Shown here: positions 27,070 to 35,631 of the stretch, in pieces
Layout: the number at the start of each line of letters is the position of its first letter
Numbering within the stretch: position 1 is the first letter of the stretch
NCBI GenBank assembly: GCA_948465965.1
Contig: CAOJYR010000005.1
Coordinates: 714-64,713, forward strand
Length of the DNA: 64,000 bases
Origin: an uncultured Mycoplasmatota bacterium
GTDB lineage: Bacteria; Bacillota_I; Bacilli_A; RF39; UBA660
Direction of reading: 5' to 3'
Notes under the pieces: generated by a model
Seen by the model: the letters and a program-made list of their open reading frames with translations, nothing else
What the model was told of the DNA's origin: nothing
Databases searched by the model: none
Made by a program: the position numbers and the translations under genes

Positions 27070-27097
27070 AAAAGTTTAAGAAATTCTTAAACTTTTT
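27068..27097 (+). terminator. Rho-independent terminator
   Basis: AAAAAGTTTAAG-AAATT-CTTAAACTTTTT hairpin immediately after the stop codon. Confidence 0.75.
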
Positions 27098-27265
27098 ATG
27101 TTTATTTTTGTTATTTGTATCTTTTAATATTAGTTAATTTTATTAAATTATCTTTTTGATTGTTTTATACTTTTTTTATAAGTTTGAAAAGATTTAAAAG
27201 ATTTCTTTTCAAATTTATTAAAATCAGGTATACTTTATTATAGGATAAGAATAGAGGGTGTTATT

Positions 27266-28822
27266 ATGATTATTAGAAAACCATATGCATTTTTGATTAG
27301 GCATTTTAAGAAGATTCATATCTTTTTGTTGGCGTTATGTTTATATGTATTTTACAAAAATTCTCAAGCTAGATCTTTTGTATCTGAATTTTTAAATTTA
27401 GGTACTTATGATGTTTATAATGAGCCTATATCAAACTATATTAATTTTATTTCTATTCTGTTTATTTTTATTATTATTGTATTAGCGATTGCTTTGATTA
27501 TTTTATTAAGACATAAGGGTAAACCATGGAAACTATATTTAATACCAGTTGTTGCGTATGGTTATATGTTGGTTGTATTTATTATTACAACAAACTTTTT
27601 TGCCTCTTATAATGGTACTGGTGGGACTACTGGTATTCGAGCAATAAAAGATTTGCTTTTTATATCTTCTCTTTTTCAATATCCAGTTTTTATAATTCTT
27701 TTGATTCGAATACTTGGAGTAGATTTAAAGAAATTTAATTTTAAGGCGGATGAGGAGTATTTAGAACTTGGTAGTGAAGATAGAGAAGAGTTTGAAATAA
27801 GTATTGATATAGATAAAGACAGTTTCAAAAGAACTTATAAAAGACTTATACGAAATATTAATTATGTATATCAAGAACATAAGTTTATTATTAATAGTTT
27901 AATTACAATTATGATAGTGGGAATTTTGGGATATTCTTATTATTATATGTTTATTGTTCATAAGTCCTATAGGGAAGGTAGTCTTATTAATACTAGTGGT
28001 TATGGTATTACTATTAATAATAGTTATTATACAGATAAGAATTATAATGGGGAGGTTATTTCTTCTGATAGTAGTTTTGTAATTATAGATTTAAATATAA
28101 AAAATTATATTCAAGCTAGGGAAATTAATTTTAATCGATTCCATGTAATGAATGGGGTGAGTAATTATAGTTATACCTTTAAAACCTATGAGACCGATTT
28201 TGGTGATTTAGGTAAAACCTATGAGAAGAAGGAAATTAAAAGAGATGAAGAGTTTAATTTAATCATGGTTTTTAAGGTAGATAAAAAACTGGATAAAAAT
28301 GGGTTTGTCTTATATTATCAAGAGTTTGATAATAATAAGCCTTATTTAAGAAAAATAAAGCTTAATATAGATGATTTATCAAAAATAAAGAAGGATAAAC
28401 AAAAAAAACTTGGTGAAGAATTAATTATGAAAGAAGAAAAGAAAAATAAGGATTTAACAATTGAACAAATAGAAATTGATGATAGTTTTGAATATTCATA
28501 TCAAGATTGTACTAGTAGTAGTGGTTGTTATACAAGTAGTGAGAGTGTAGGTGCAAGAGAGGGTGAAAAAATACTAAAAGTTGACTTTATATCTGATGTG
28601 TTTGAGGGTAAAGATTTAATTGACTTTTCGACTAAATATGGTAAAATTAGTTATATAGATGATAAGGGTAAAAAACAGGTAGTTAATATTAAGGATGCAG
28701 TAAGTAAAAAGTATTTTGGAAAGTATATGTATATTAGGATTCCTCGTGAAGTGGAGAGTTCTAGTTCTATAAACCTTATATATACTGTTAGAAGTAATCA
28801 ATATAGTTATAAAATAAAATAG
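27266..28822 (+). CDS. Polytopic membrane protein with extracytoplasmic beta-rich C-terminal domain (unknown function)
   Basis: 518 aa with about 4 N-terminal TM helices, a further TM (SLITIMIVGILGYSYYYMFIV), then a domain reminiscent of DUF4352-type Ig-like folds (SSFVIIDLNIKNY). Confidence 0.5.
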   Translation: MIIRKPYAFLIRHFKKIHIFLLALCLYVFYKNSQARSFVSEFLNLGTYDVYNEPISNYINFISILFIFIIIVLAIALIILLRHKGKPWKLYLIPVVAYGYMLVVFIITTNFFASYNGTGGTTGIRAIKDLLFISSLFQYPVFIILLIRILGVDLKKFNFKADEEYLELGSEDREEFEISIDIDKDSFKRTYKRLIRNINYVYQEHKFIINSLITIMIVGILGYSYYYMFIVHKSYREGSLINTSGYGITINNSYYTDKNYNGEVISSDSSFVIIDLNIKNYIQAREINFNRFHVMNGVSNYSYTFKTYETDFGDLGKTYEKKEIKRDEEFNLIMVFKVDKKLDKNGFVLYYQEFDNNKPYLRKIKLNIDDLSKIKKDKQKKLGEELIMKEEKKNKDLTIEQIEIDDSFEYSYQDCTSSSGCYTSSESVGAREGEKILKVDFISDVFEGKDLIDFSTKYGKISYIDDKGKKQVVNIKDAVSKKYFGKYMYIRIPREVESSSSINLIYTVRSNQYSYKIK

Positions 28823-28831
28823 GAGAAGATT

Positions 28832-30640
28832 ATGGATAAAGAGAAAATGTTGAAATATGGTAAAATTATAATTATTTGTTTGGTCTTGGGATTAATTATT
28901 TGGTTTTTAATAGTTTCTCCTCTTTTTACGTTTAAAAGTAATGAGAATAAAATGTTAAAGGCTGGAAAGAGATATTTTGAAGTTAATAGTAATGAACTTC
29001 CTACTGGGAGTAGAGTTAAGGCTATTTCTTTAAAAGATCTTTATAGTAAGTCTTTTTTAGAGGATGATTTTTATGTTCCTTTATCACACAATGCTTGTAG
29101 TGTTACTGAAAGTTGGGTTAAGGTAAAAAGAGTAGATGGTGAATATAAATATTATACGTATTTAAAATGTGGTGTTTTGTCTTCGATTGTTGATCATAAA
29201 GGGCCTGAAATAACTTTAAATGGTGATGATACGATTACTGTTAATAAAGATGGTAAATATAGGGAACTTGGTGTAAAAAGTGTTAATGATAATAGTGATG
29301 GAGCGATAGATGTTAGCAAAGTAGAGATTAATTCTAAGAGTGTTGATACTAGTAAAGTTGGTACTTATGAAGTTACTTATACAGCATATGATAGTCTTAA
29401 TAATAAAACAGAAAAGGTTAGAAAAGTTAAGGTTGTATCTCGTTTAAAAAATACTGTTAACAAAGAGACAAATAATACTGGTTATTATGTTGGAGGTAAT
29501 CCTAATAATTATATTTATTTTTCAGGAATGTTATTTAGAATTGTTGGGGTTAGTGGTGATAATGTAAAAATTATTGCAGATTCTGATATAAGTAATGTTA
29601 ATTACAGTGGTATAGATAAATGGTTAGATTATTATTATAAACATTTAACTGATAAATCTAAAAAATATATTGTAGAAGATAAATACTGTAATATGAAATT
29701 AAATGATGAGACAATTAATACAGTTGAATGTAGTTCTTATACTAAGAAGAGAAAATCCTATATTATTTCTGTTGATGAGGTGAATAGAAGTTTAGTAGAT
29801 GGATCAAGTTATTTAAAACCAAATACTTTATCTTGGACATCTAATACATTTGATAAGGATAATTCTTATGTAACTAGAAACGTATTCTATGAAGGTGAAT
29901 ATGGCAAGACAGTTATTGCAATGCCAAATGAATATAACTATGGAGTTAGACCAGTAATTACTGTAAGGGGTGATACTCTAATAACAGGTGGTATGGGAAA
30001 ATTTGATGATCCATATTTAATAGGAGATATGAAATCAGGTAAGGCAAATGATAGTTTAAATAAAAGGTATACTGGTGAATATATAAAATATTCAGGATAC
30101 ATGTGGAGAATTATTGATGTGGACAGCGATGGGACTACTAAAGTTATATCCGAAGGAACCTTAAAAAGTGATGGAATAGATGTAGAAACTAGATATAATA
30201 CTGATAGTGAGTTTAAGATATATAATCCAAAGGAAAAAGGAAATGTTGGATATTTTATAGAAAATAAGGCGAGTGAGTATCTGAAAACAGATTATTTTGT
30301 ATCAAAAAATGTAATGGTACCAATTTATAAAAATTATATAAATTATGGGAAAGAAGTTGAAACAAAGAAATACAAAGTAAAATTATCTGCTCCTAACATG
30401 TATGAGATGTTTAGCGCTTATAGTGTTAATACAAATGATAGGTGTGGAACTTATTGGGAAATCAATTCATCAAAAACAGCGGAGCGTAAAGCAGTTGTAA
30501 TGGATATTGGATATCAGGTTAATGAAGAATTAAGTGATAATTATGATTATGGATTAAGAGTTGTGGGATATCTTTCCAAGGATGTTAATATAGTTAGTGG
30601 TAGTGGAACAGTTAATGATCCATATGTAATAAGCAAGTAA
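28832..30640 (+). CDS. Membrane-anchored surface protein: pilin-like head + Ig-like (DUF5011-type) domain + two GVRP-type modules
   Basis: N-terminal TM. GPEITLNGDDTITV...VDTSKVGTYEVTYTAYDSLNN matches the DUF5011 Ig-like pattern. Two modules end in YGVRPVITV / YGLRVVGYL, each followed by G-x-G...DPY-x-I. Confidence 0.6.
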   Translation: MDKEKMLKYGKIIIICLVLGLIIWFLIVSPLFTFKSNENKMLKAGKRYFEVNSNELPTGSRVKAISLKDLYSKSFLEDDFYVPLSHNACSVTESWVKVKRVDGEYKYYTYLKCGVLSSIVDHKGPEITLNGDDTITVNKDGKYRELGVKSVNDNSDGAIDVSKVEINSKSVDTSKVGTYEVTYTAYDSLNNKTEKVRKVKVVSRLKNTVNKETNNTGYYVGGNPNNYIYFSGMLFRIVGVSGDNVKIIADSDISNVNYSGIDKWLDYYYKHLTDKSKKYIVEDKYCNMKLNDETINTVECSSYTKKRKSYIISVDEVNRSLVDGSSYLKPNTLSWTSNTFDKDNSYVTRNVFYEGEYGKTVIAMPNEYNYGVRPVITVRGDTLITGGMGKFDDPYLIGDMKSGKANDSLNKRYTGEYIKYSGYMWRIIDVDSDGTTKVISEGTLKSDGIDVETRYNTDSEFKIYNPKEKGNVGYFIENKASEYLKTDYFVSKNVMVPIYKNYINYGKEVETKKYKVKLSAPNMYEMFSAYSVNTNDRCGTYWEINSSKTAERKAVVMDIGYQVNEELSDNYDYGLRVVGYLSKDVNIVSGSGTVNDPYVISK

Positions 30641-30658
30641 ACTATACAAATCGTTGAG

Positions 30659-31531
30659 GTGATTTATACGCTGAGTAGTATTAAAGTAGGTAAAAGAAAA
30701 ACCAAAGTAATGATTATATTATTTATGATTACTATTTTGACGCTTTTTGTTATCTGTACAAGAGATATAATTAATTTGTTTAAAAAAGATATATATAGTG
30801 TTGATAGCAGAATCAATAATATTCAAGAAGAAATAAAAAAAGATGATGTGGAAAATTATAGTACTATAGGATGGCTAAGAGTTCAGGGAACTAATATAGA
30901 TACACCTATTCTTTATTTAAATTATACAAAAATAGAAAATGATGAAGATGATGATGATTATTATGGTAGTGGAGATATAACAGTAGATAAACAGAGTTAT
31001 TTATGGAATAATATTTATGAGGAAAACCTTTTAAATAAAATAAATATTCAAGGCCACAACATATTGAATTTATCAGAACATCCAGATATTGGGCTTGATC
31101 AATTTTCAAGATTTGATGATTTGATGGCGTTTGTTTATTATGATTTTGCTAAGGAAAATAAATATATTCAATATACAGCTAATGGAAAAGATTATATTTA
31201 TGCAATATTTTCAGTAGAATTTGTAAAAGATAGTGATTTAGATACATATGTATATGAAAATTATTCTAAAAAAGAAATGAAAAAAAATATTAGGAACTCC
31301 ATAGAAAATAGTTTGTATAAATATAATATTAAAGTTAATGAAAATGATAAGATAATTTCATTAATTACATGTACTAGGATGTTTGGAGATAATTCAAATA
31401 CAGACTTTGTAGTAAATGCTAAGTTGGTTGAAAAAAATAAAAAATTAAAAAATTATAGTATACGTAAAACTAAAAAATATAAAGAAATTGAAAGTATACT
31501 GGAAAGTGAGGTAGAAAAGAATGAAGCATGA
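30659..31531 (+). CDS. Second sortase B-like protein (divergent)
   Basis: GWLRVQGTNIDTPILY, IQGHNILN (His), ISLITCTRMF (Cys), FVVNAK. The start is uncertain: GTG 30659 overlaps its own RBS, and ATG 30710 is an alternative. Confidence 0.6.
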   Translation: MIYTLSSIKVGKRKTKVMIILFMITILTLFVICTRDIINLFKKDIYSVDSRINNIQEEIKKDDVENYSTIGWLRVQGTNIDTPILYLNYTKIENDEDDDDYYGSGDITVDKQSYLWNNIYEENLLNKINIQGHNILNLSEHPDIGLDQFSRFDDLMAFVYYDFAKENKYIQYTANGKDYIYAIFSVEFVKDSDLDTYVYENYSKKEMKKNIRNSIENSLYKYNIKVNENDKIISLITCTRMFGDNSNTDFVVNAKLVEKNKKLKNYSIRKTKKYKEIESILESEVEKNEA

Positions 31532-34268
31532 GTTTAAATGTTTAGGGGTTATATTAGTTTTTGCTACATTAATAATGCTTGGTAATTGTGATGTTTATGC
31601 TGCTTCTATAGAAGAGTGTAATAATTTTGAAGCAAAGATGGAGAACTATTGCGCAGCATCAAAAATTGAAAGTGAATATGGACTTCAGATGGAAAGGGTA
31701 GGAAAGAATAAATATAAAATATCAGTTACAAGCAATAAATTAAGTAAAGATAGTAGTGATACTTTTGTCGTTAAAAAAATTGTTGGTGAATATACAGGTG
31801 ATCATAAAGATGATATAAGCCAATTGAAAGTGACTAAGGCACATAGCTTGGTATTAAAAAATTTGAAACCTAATTCATCAAATGTAATTAAAGTAAAATT
31901 GAAATTAACTAATCCTTCAACTAATTTTGGTAAGAAATGTTTGGGAGATTCAGATGCATTTTCTGGTGCTAATCAAAGATTGGAAGAAGAATGTGACTAT
32001 AGTGGTGGAATAACCTATACTTTAAAAGTAAGAATAGATGAAGACCTTGGCAAAACTGTTATAACAAGTAATGCAGCAAGTAGAACTGATAATTTAGCTG
32101 TAGAATCATCAACAACACCACATTCGGATTTTAATAAGTTCTTAGGTGTAGCAATAGATAAAACAGAAGAACAGAGAAAGGGTACTCAGGTTTTAAAATG
32201 TGATGCAAATTCAACTAAATATACTTATCTTAATGGCAGAAAGTTAACACCAGCAGAGGTTAATGAATATACAGAAACTAATACAACAAATGACTATAAG
32301 TATAAAAATATTAATGTTTATAAATCTACAAGTAATAAAAAGACAGGAACTCTTGTGTATACATACAATAGGAGTGGAAGTATAAAGAAGGTACGAGTAC
32401 CAAATGTTTGTGAACAATCGTGTACTGAAGTAGTTAAAGTCGAGTATGGAGCACCAGTAGCTTCAAAAGCAGGACTTTGTTTTGACTATCAATTTAAAAT
32501 TACAAGTTATACAAAATGTGATACTAAATTTGGTGCGAAAAAACCTAATAAAACTGATTATACAGTTTGTACACCTAAGCCTCAATGTGTTAGTAGATCA
32601 GGTGCTGTACATACACAAGGTGGTCCAAATGAGGATTTTGAAAGCTGTATAAGAGAATGTGATGGTGGAAAATATACTAGAAGTTGTAGTGACAAATGTT
32701 ATAAACAAGTTTATTCAACAGGTATAAAGAAAATCGCTGATTTAAATAATACATCCTTAATTACTAATTTAGCAAATACAGATCCAGAAAAATGTTCAGA
32801 TAGTGATGGTTGCTATTATAGAGTTGGAGATACAGTGTATTGGCAAAGTAAAAGCGAGAATCTTGGTAGATGGTATAGAGTGTGGTCTACACATCATGGT
32901 GGTGCAACATATAGTCCTACTGTACAATTTCCAGGACATACATATTTTATATTAACAACTGGAAAAGGAGCAGGAATTTGGAAAGCTACTGATTGTAATG
33001 AAAATTGTAGTTGGTCAGATGATAATTGTGATGATTCGGATTATTTAAATCCTAAACAAGCGACAGATGATTATGAGCGTAATTTGGAAATGTATGATCG
33101 AGAAAAAGAACAATGTATTGCAAAGGCAAGTTGTAATTCATCAACTTCAACATATACAATAAAAGTTAATTATGCTACACCATCTGGTGAGGAGACAATA
33201 GAATTTCCAAAAATAGGCAAAAATGATTCTGTAACTACAGGAGGATCTAATACCTTATCTGATTCTAATACAACGTTAACAACATTGGTTAATGACTCAG
33301 GATCTTGTAATGCTACTAAGGGTTCACCAAGTGAATGGTATCAATCTGAGTGGACTTTCCCAGGAACATGGATTAATAATAAAACTGGAGAAATTCAATA
33401 TAATAAACCGTCCTCTTCTGAAGGATGGCATCAGGAGAAAAATAAGTTCTGTATACCACTAGATGCTAAGAGTGTTAATACAAAGTGGTGGGAATGGAAT
33501 AAAATTGGTAATTCATGTTATTCTGATAGTAACGGTGATTTTAAATCATCTTTAGTTAGTGAGATTCAAAATAATATAATAGGTTCTGTAAGAAATTTTG
33601 GACATTATGGAGATGGTGATAATAATAAGACTGGTTGGAATTTTGATATAAAGTGTTTCTATGCCCTTAGAAATGAAATTTGTGAGGAAAATGACAAGGG
33701 TTGCTGCACCACTCCTGGAGGAGATACTTCATCTGGTGGTGGAAGTGGAGACAATAATAAAGTCGGTGTTGATAATTATAGATTTAGAGTTGTAACTACT
33801 TCTGATTTATTCCCTAATACAAATGGATCTAGTTCTACTACTGAAGATTATATGAGAACAGGTAGAACCCCAGGATTTAACTGGTCTGACGAAGCCAAAA
33901 ATGATAAAAATAGTAAATATCAAGTTGATCCTCAAACATTAATTGGTAAAATTCAGGAAAGAAAATCTTTAATATATAGTGACGCTAACAAAAGTAAATA
34001 TTTGGATTATGAATTTACTTTAGATCAAAATGCCCTTCAAAAAATTAGAGATTATACTAAAAATCATAAAGAGAAAACTAATGATAACGACAATAGATAT
34101 AAAGAAACTTATACAAATTTTGATAATGGTAGTATAGATACTCGAAATGGAGTGGCTGCTTATTCTAGTCCATTGATTAGATCTGAATTGTCTGGAATTA
34201 CTACTAAAGATGGTAAGCGTGTAGTTAGTAAGAGAGGTAATATAGGTATTAATAATGATAATGAGTAA
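31521..34268 (+). CDS. Large secreted cysteine-rich protein (unknown function)
   Basis: 915 aa. Signal peptide ...LIMLGNCDVYAAS. About 30 Cys, many in C-x2-3-C / C-x-x-x-C spacings. G/S-rich linker TTPGGDTSSGGGSGDNN. Confidence 0.6.
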   Translation: MKHEFKCLGVILVFATLIMLGNCDVYAASIEECNNFEAKMENYCAASKIESEYGLQMERVGKNKYKISVTSNKLSKDSSDTFVVKKIVGEYTGDHKDDISQLKVTKAHSLVLKNLKPNSSNVIKVKLKLTNPSTNFGKKCLGDSDAFSGANQRLEEECDYSGGITYTLKVRIDEDLGKTVITSNAASRTDNLAVESSTTPHSDFNKFLGVAIDKTEEQRKGTQVLKCDANSTKYTYLNGRKLTPAEVNEYTETNTTNDYKYKNINVYKSTSNKKTGTLVYTYNRSGSIKKVRVPNVCEQSCTEVVKVEYGAPVASKAGLCFDYQFKITSYTKCDTKFGAKKPNKTDYTVCTPKPQCVSRSGAVHTQGGPNEDFESCIRECDGGKYTRSCSDKCYKQVYSTGIKKIADLNNTSLITNLANTDPEKCSDSDGCYYRVGDTVYWQSKSENLGRWYRVWSTHHGGATYSPTVQFPGHTYFILTTGKGAGIWKATDCNENCSWSDDNCDDSDYLNPKQATDDYERNLEMYDREKEQCIAKASCNSSTSTYTIKVNYATPSGEETIEFPKIGKNDSVTTGGSNTLSDSNTTLTTLVNDSGSCNATKGSPSEWYQSEWTFPGTWINNKTGEIQYNKPSSSEGWHQEKNKFCIPLDAKSVNTKWWEWNKIGNSCYSDSNGDFKSSLVSEIQNNIIGSVRNFGHYGDGDNNKTGWNFDIKCFYALRNEICEENDKGCCTTPGGDTSSGGGSGDNNKVGVDNYRFRVVTTSDLFPNTNGSSSTTEDYMRTGRTPGFNWSDEAKNDKNSKYQVDPQTLIGKIQERKSLIYSDANKSKYLDYEFTLDQNALQKIRDYTKNHKEKTNDNDNRYKETYTNFDNGSIDTRNGVAAYSSPLIRSELSGITTKDGKRVVSKRGNIGINNDNE

Positions 34269-34283
34269 TGGGAGGTATAGTTT

Positions 34284-34757
34284 ATGAATAAGGCAATGTT
34301 AACAGTTGGTGTTATTTTACTTAGTTTTATGGCTTTATGGTTGATAAATATTGTTTCGAATTATTCAACAGGTAGTGAACTTGATTACTATCTGTTGAAA
34401 GAAACTACTGAGGCTGCTATGTCTGATGCAGTTGATTTGGAATATTACCGATTAAATGGATTACTTAGAATGGACAAAGAGAAGTTTGTTGAAAGTTTTC
34501 TTTGTAGATTTGCAGATAGTGTAGATAATACACGTAATTATAAAGTTGGTTTCTATGATTTAAATGAGACTCCTCCTAAGGCTAGTGTTAAAGTTGATTC
34601 ATCAACTGTATTAAGTTTTGAGGGAGCTAACTTAGATATCTCTACTAATATAGATGCTATTTTAGAAAGTAATTATAAAAAAGATCAATATGTTGAAAGT
34701 GCTCTTAAAGATTCAAATAGTGATGTAGGAAAGTCTTTAGAGGATAGAAATAAATAA
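34284..34757 (+). CDS. Pseudopilin-like / TadE-like minor pilin candidate
   Basis: 157 aa with a short N-terminus, then a single hydrophobic helix (MLTVGVILLSFMALWLINIV). Lies just upstream of cpaB-tadA. Confidence 0.35.
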   Translation: MNKAMLTVGVILLSFMALWLINIVSNYSTGSELDYYLLKETTEAAMSDAVDLEYYRLNGLLRMDKEKFVESFLCRFADSVDNTRNYKVGFYDLNETPPKASVKVDSSTVLSFEGANLDISTNIDAILESNYKKDQYVESALKDSNSDVGKSLEDRNK

Positions 34758-34780
34758 AAAATAAGAAAAGAGGGAATAAA

Positions 34781-35593
34781 ATGGGAAATTTAAGTGTAGG
34801 TATAAAGAAGTTTTTACAAAATAAAAATACTGTTACAGTACTTGGAGTTATCGTTGCTGTTGCAGTTCTTTATATTTCTTATAATGCTCGTGTAAAATCG
34901 GCAATTAATCCTATTAGTGTACCTTATGCAAAGGAAACAATTTCTCCAGGTACACAAATTACAGAAAGTATGGTTGGGACTATGGATGTTCCACCTGCTA
35001 TGTTAAAAGGAGAAGTTATTAGAAATCAGGGGGAAGTTATTGACAGGTATTCTAATGCTGATACTGTAATACCAGCAGGAAGTTTATTTTATGCTCGTAA
35101 TGTAGTTGAAAAAGAGCAGCTTCCAGCTAATATTATTTTGGATTATCCAAAGGGATATGTTTTATATAATATGCCTGTTGATACTGAAAGTACTTATGGT
35201 AACTCAGTATATCCAGGTAATTATATAGATATTTATTTAAAAGCAGTTAATAAATTATCAGATGAACAAATTACTGCAGGTGCTGCAAATGCTGATAAGA
35301 TTATGTTAGGAAAGTTAATGGAGAATGTAAAAGTTTTAGCTGTAAAGGATAGCAATGGGCAAGCAGTTTTTTCTAATTTAGATGAGACAAGAACTCCAGC
35401 TATGATAGTTTTTGCAGTTCCAGAGGATTATTATGTTTTATTAAAGAAGGCAAGTTATTTAAGAACATTTGATTCTACATTAATTCCAGTTCCAACGAAT
35501 GAAAGTCTTAAAGATAATCCAGGTGATTTAGATATTACTAGTACGGATTTACGTGATTGGATTAATACTGTTACTGTTTGGAATGGTGAATAG
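34781..35593 (+). CDS. cpaB: Flp pilus assembly protein CpaB/RcpC-like (SAF domain)
   Basis: N-terminal TM (VTVLGVIVAVAVLYI), then SAF-like ISPGTQITESMVG...VIPAGSLFYARNV. Adjacent to tadA. Confidence 0.6.
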   Translation: MGNLSVGIKKFLQNKNTVTVLGVIVAVAVLYISYNARVKSAINPISVPYAKETISPGTQITESMVGTMDVPPAMLKGEVIRNQGEVIDRYSNADTVIPAGSLFYARNVVEKEQLPANIILDYPKGYVLYNMPVDTESTYGNSVYPGNYIDIYLKAVNKLSDEQITAGAANADKIMLGKLMENVKVLAVKDSNGQAVFSNLDETRTPAMIVFAVPEDYYVLLKKASYLRTFDSTLIPVPTNESLKDNPGDLDITSTDLRDWINTVTVWNGE

Positions 35594-35631
35594 TATTTAG
35601 GGGGATAAAGAATAAAAAGGAGATGGGTTAG

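Noticed and set aside
27063-27137. Possible frameshifted continuation of the PPNTG protein giving a hydrophobic tail (YLKKFKKFLNFLCLFLLFVSFNIS in another frame)
   Set aside because: The order is wrong for a sorting signal (charged before hydrophobic). The F/L richness is expected from AT-rich DNA, and the stretch coincides with a strong terminator hairpin.
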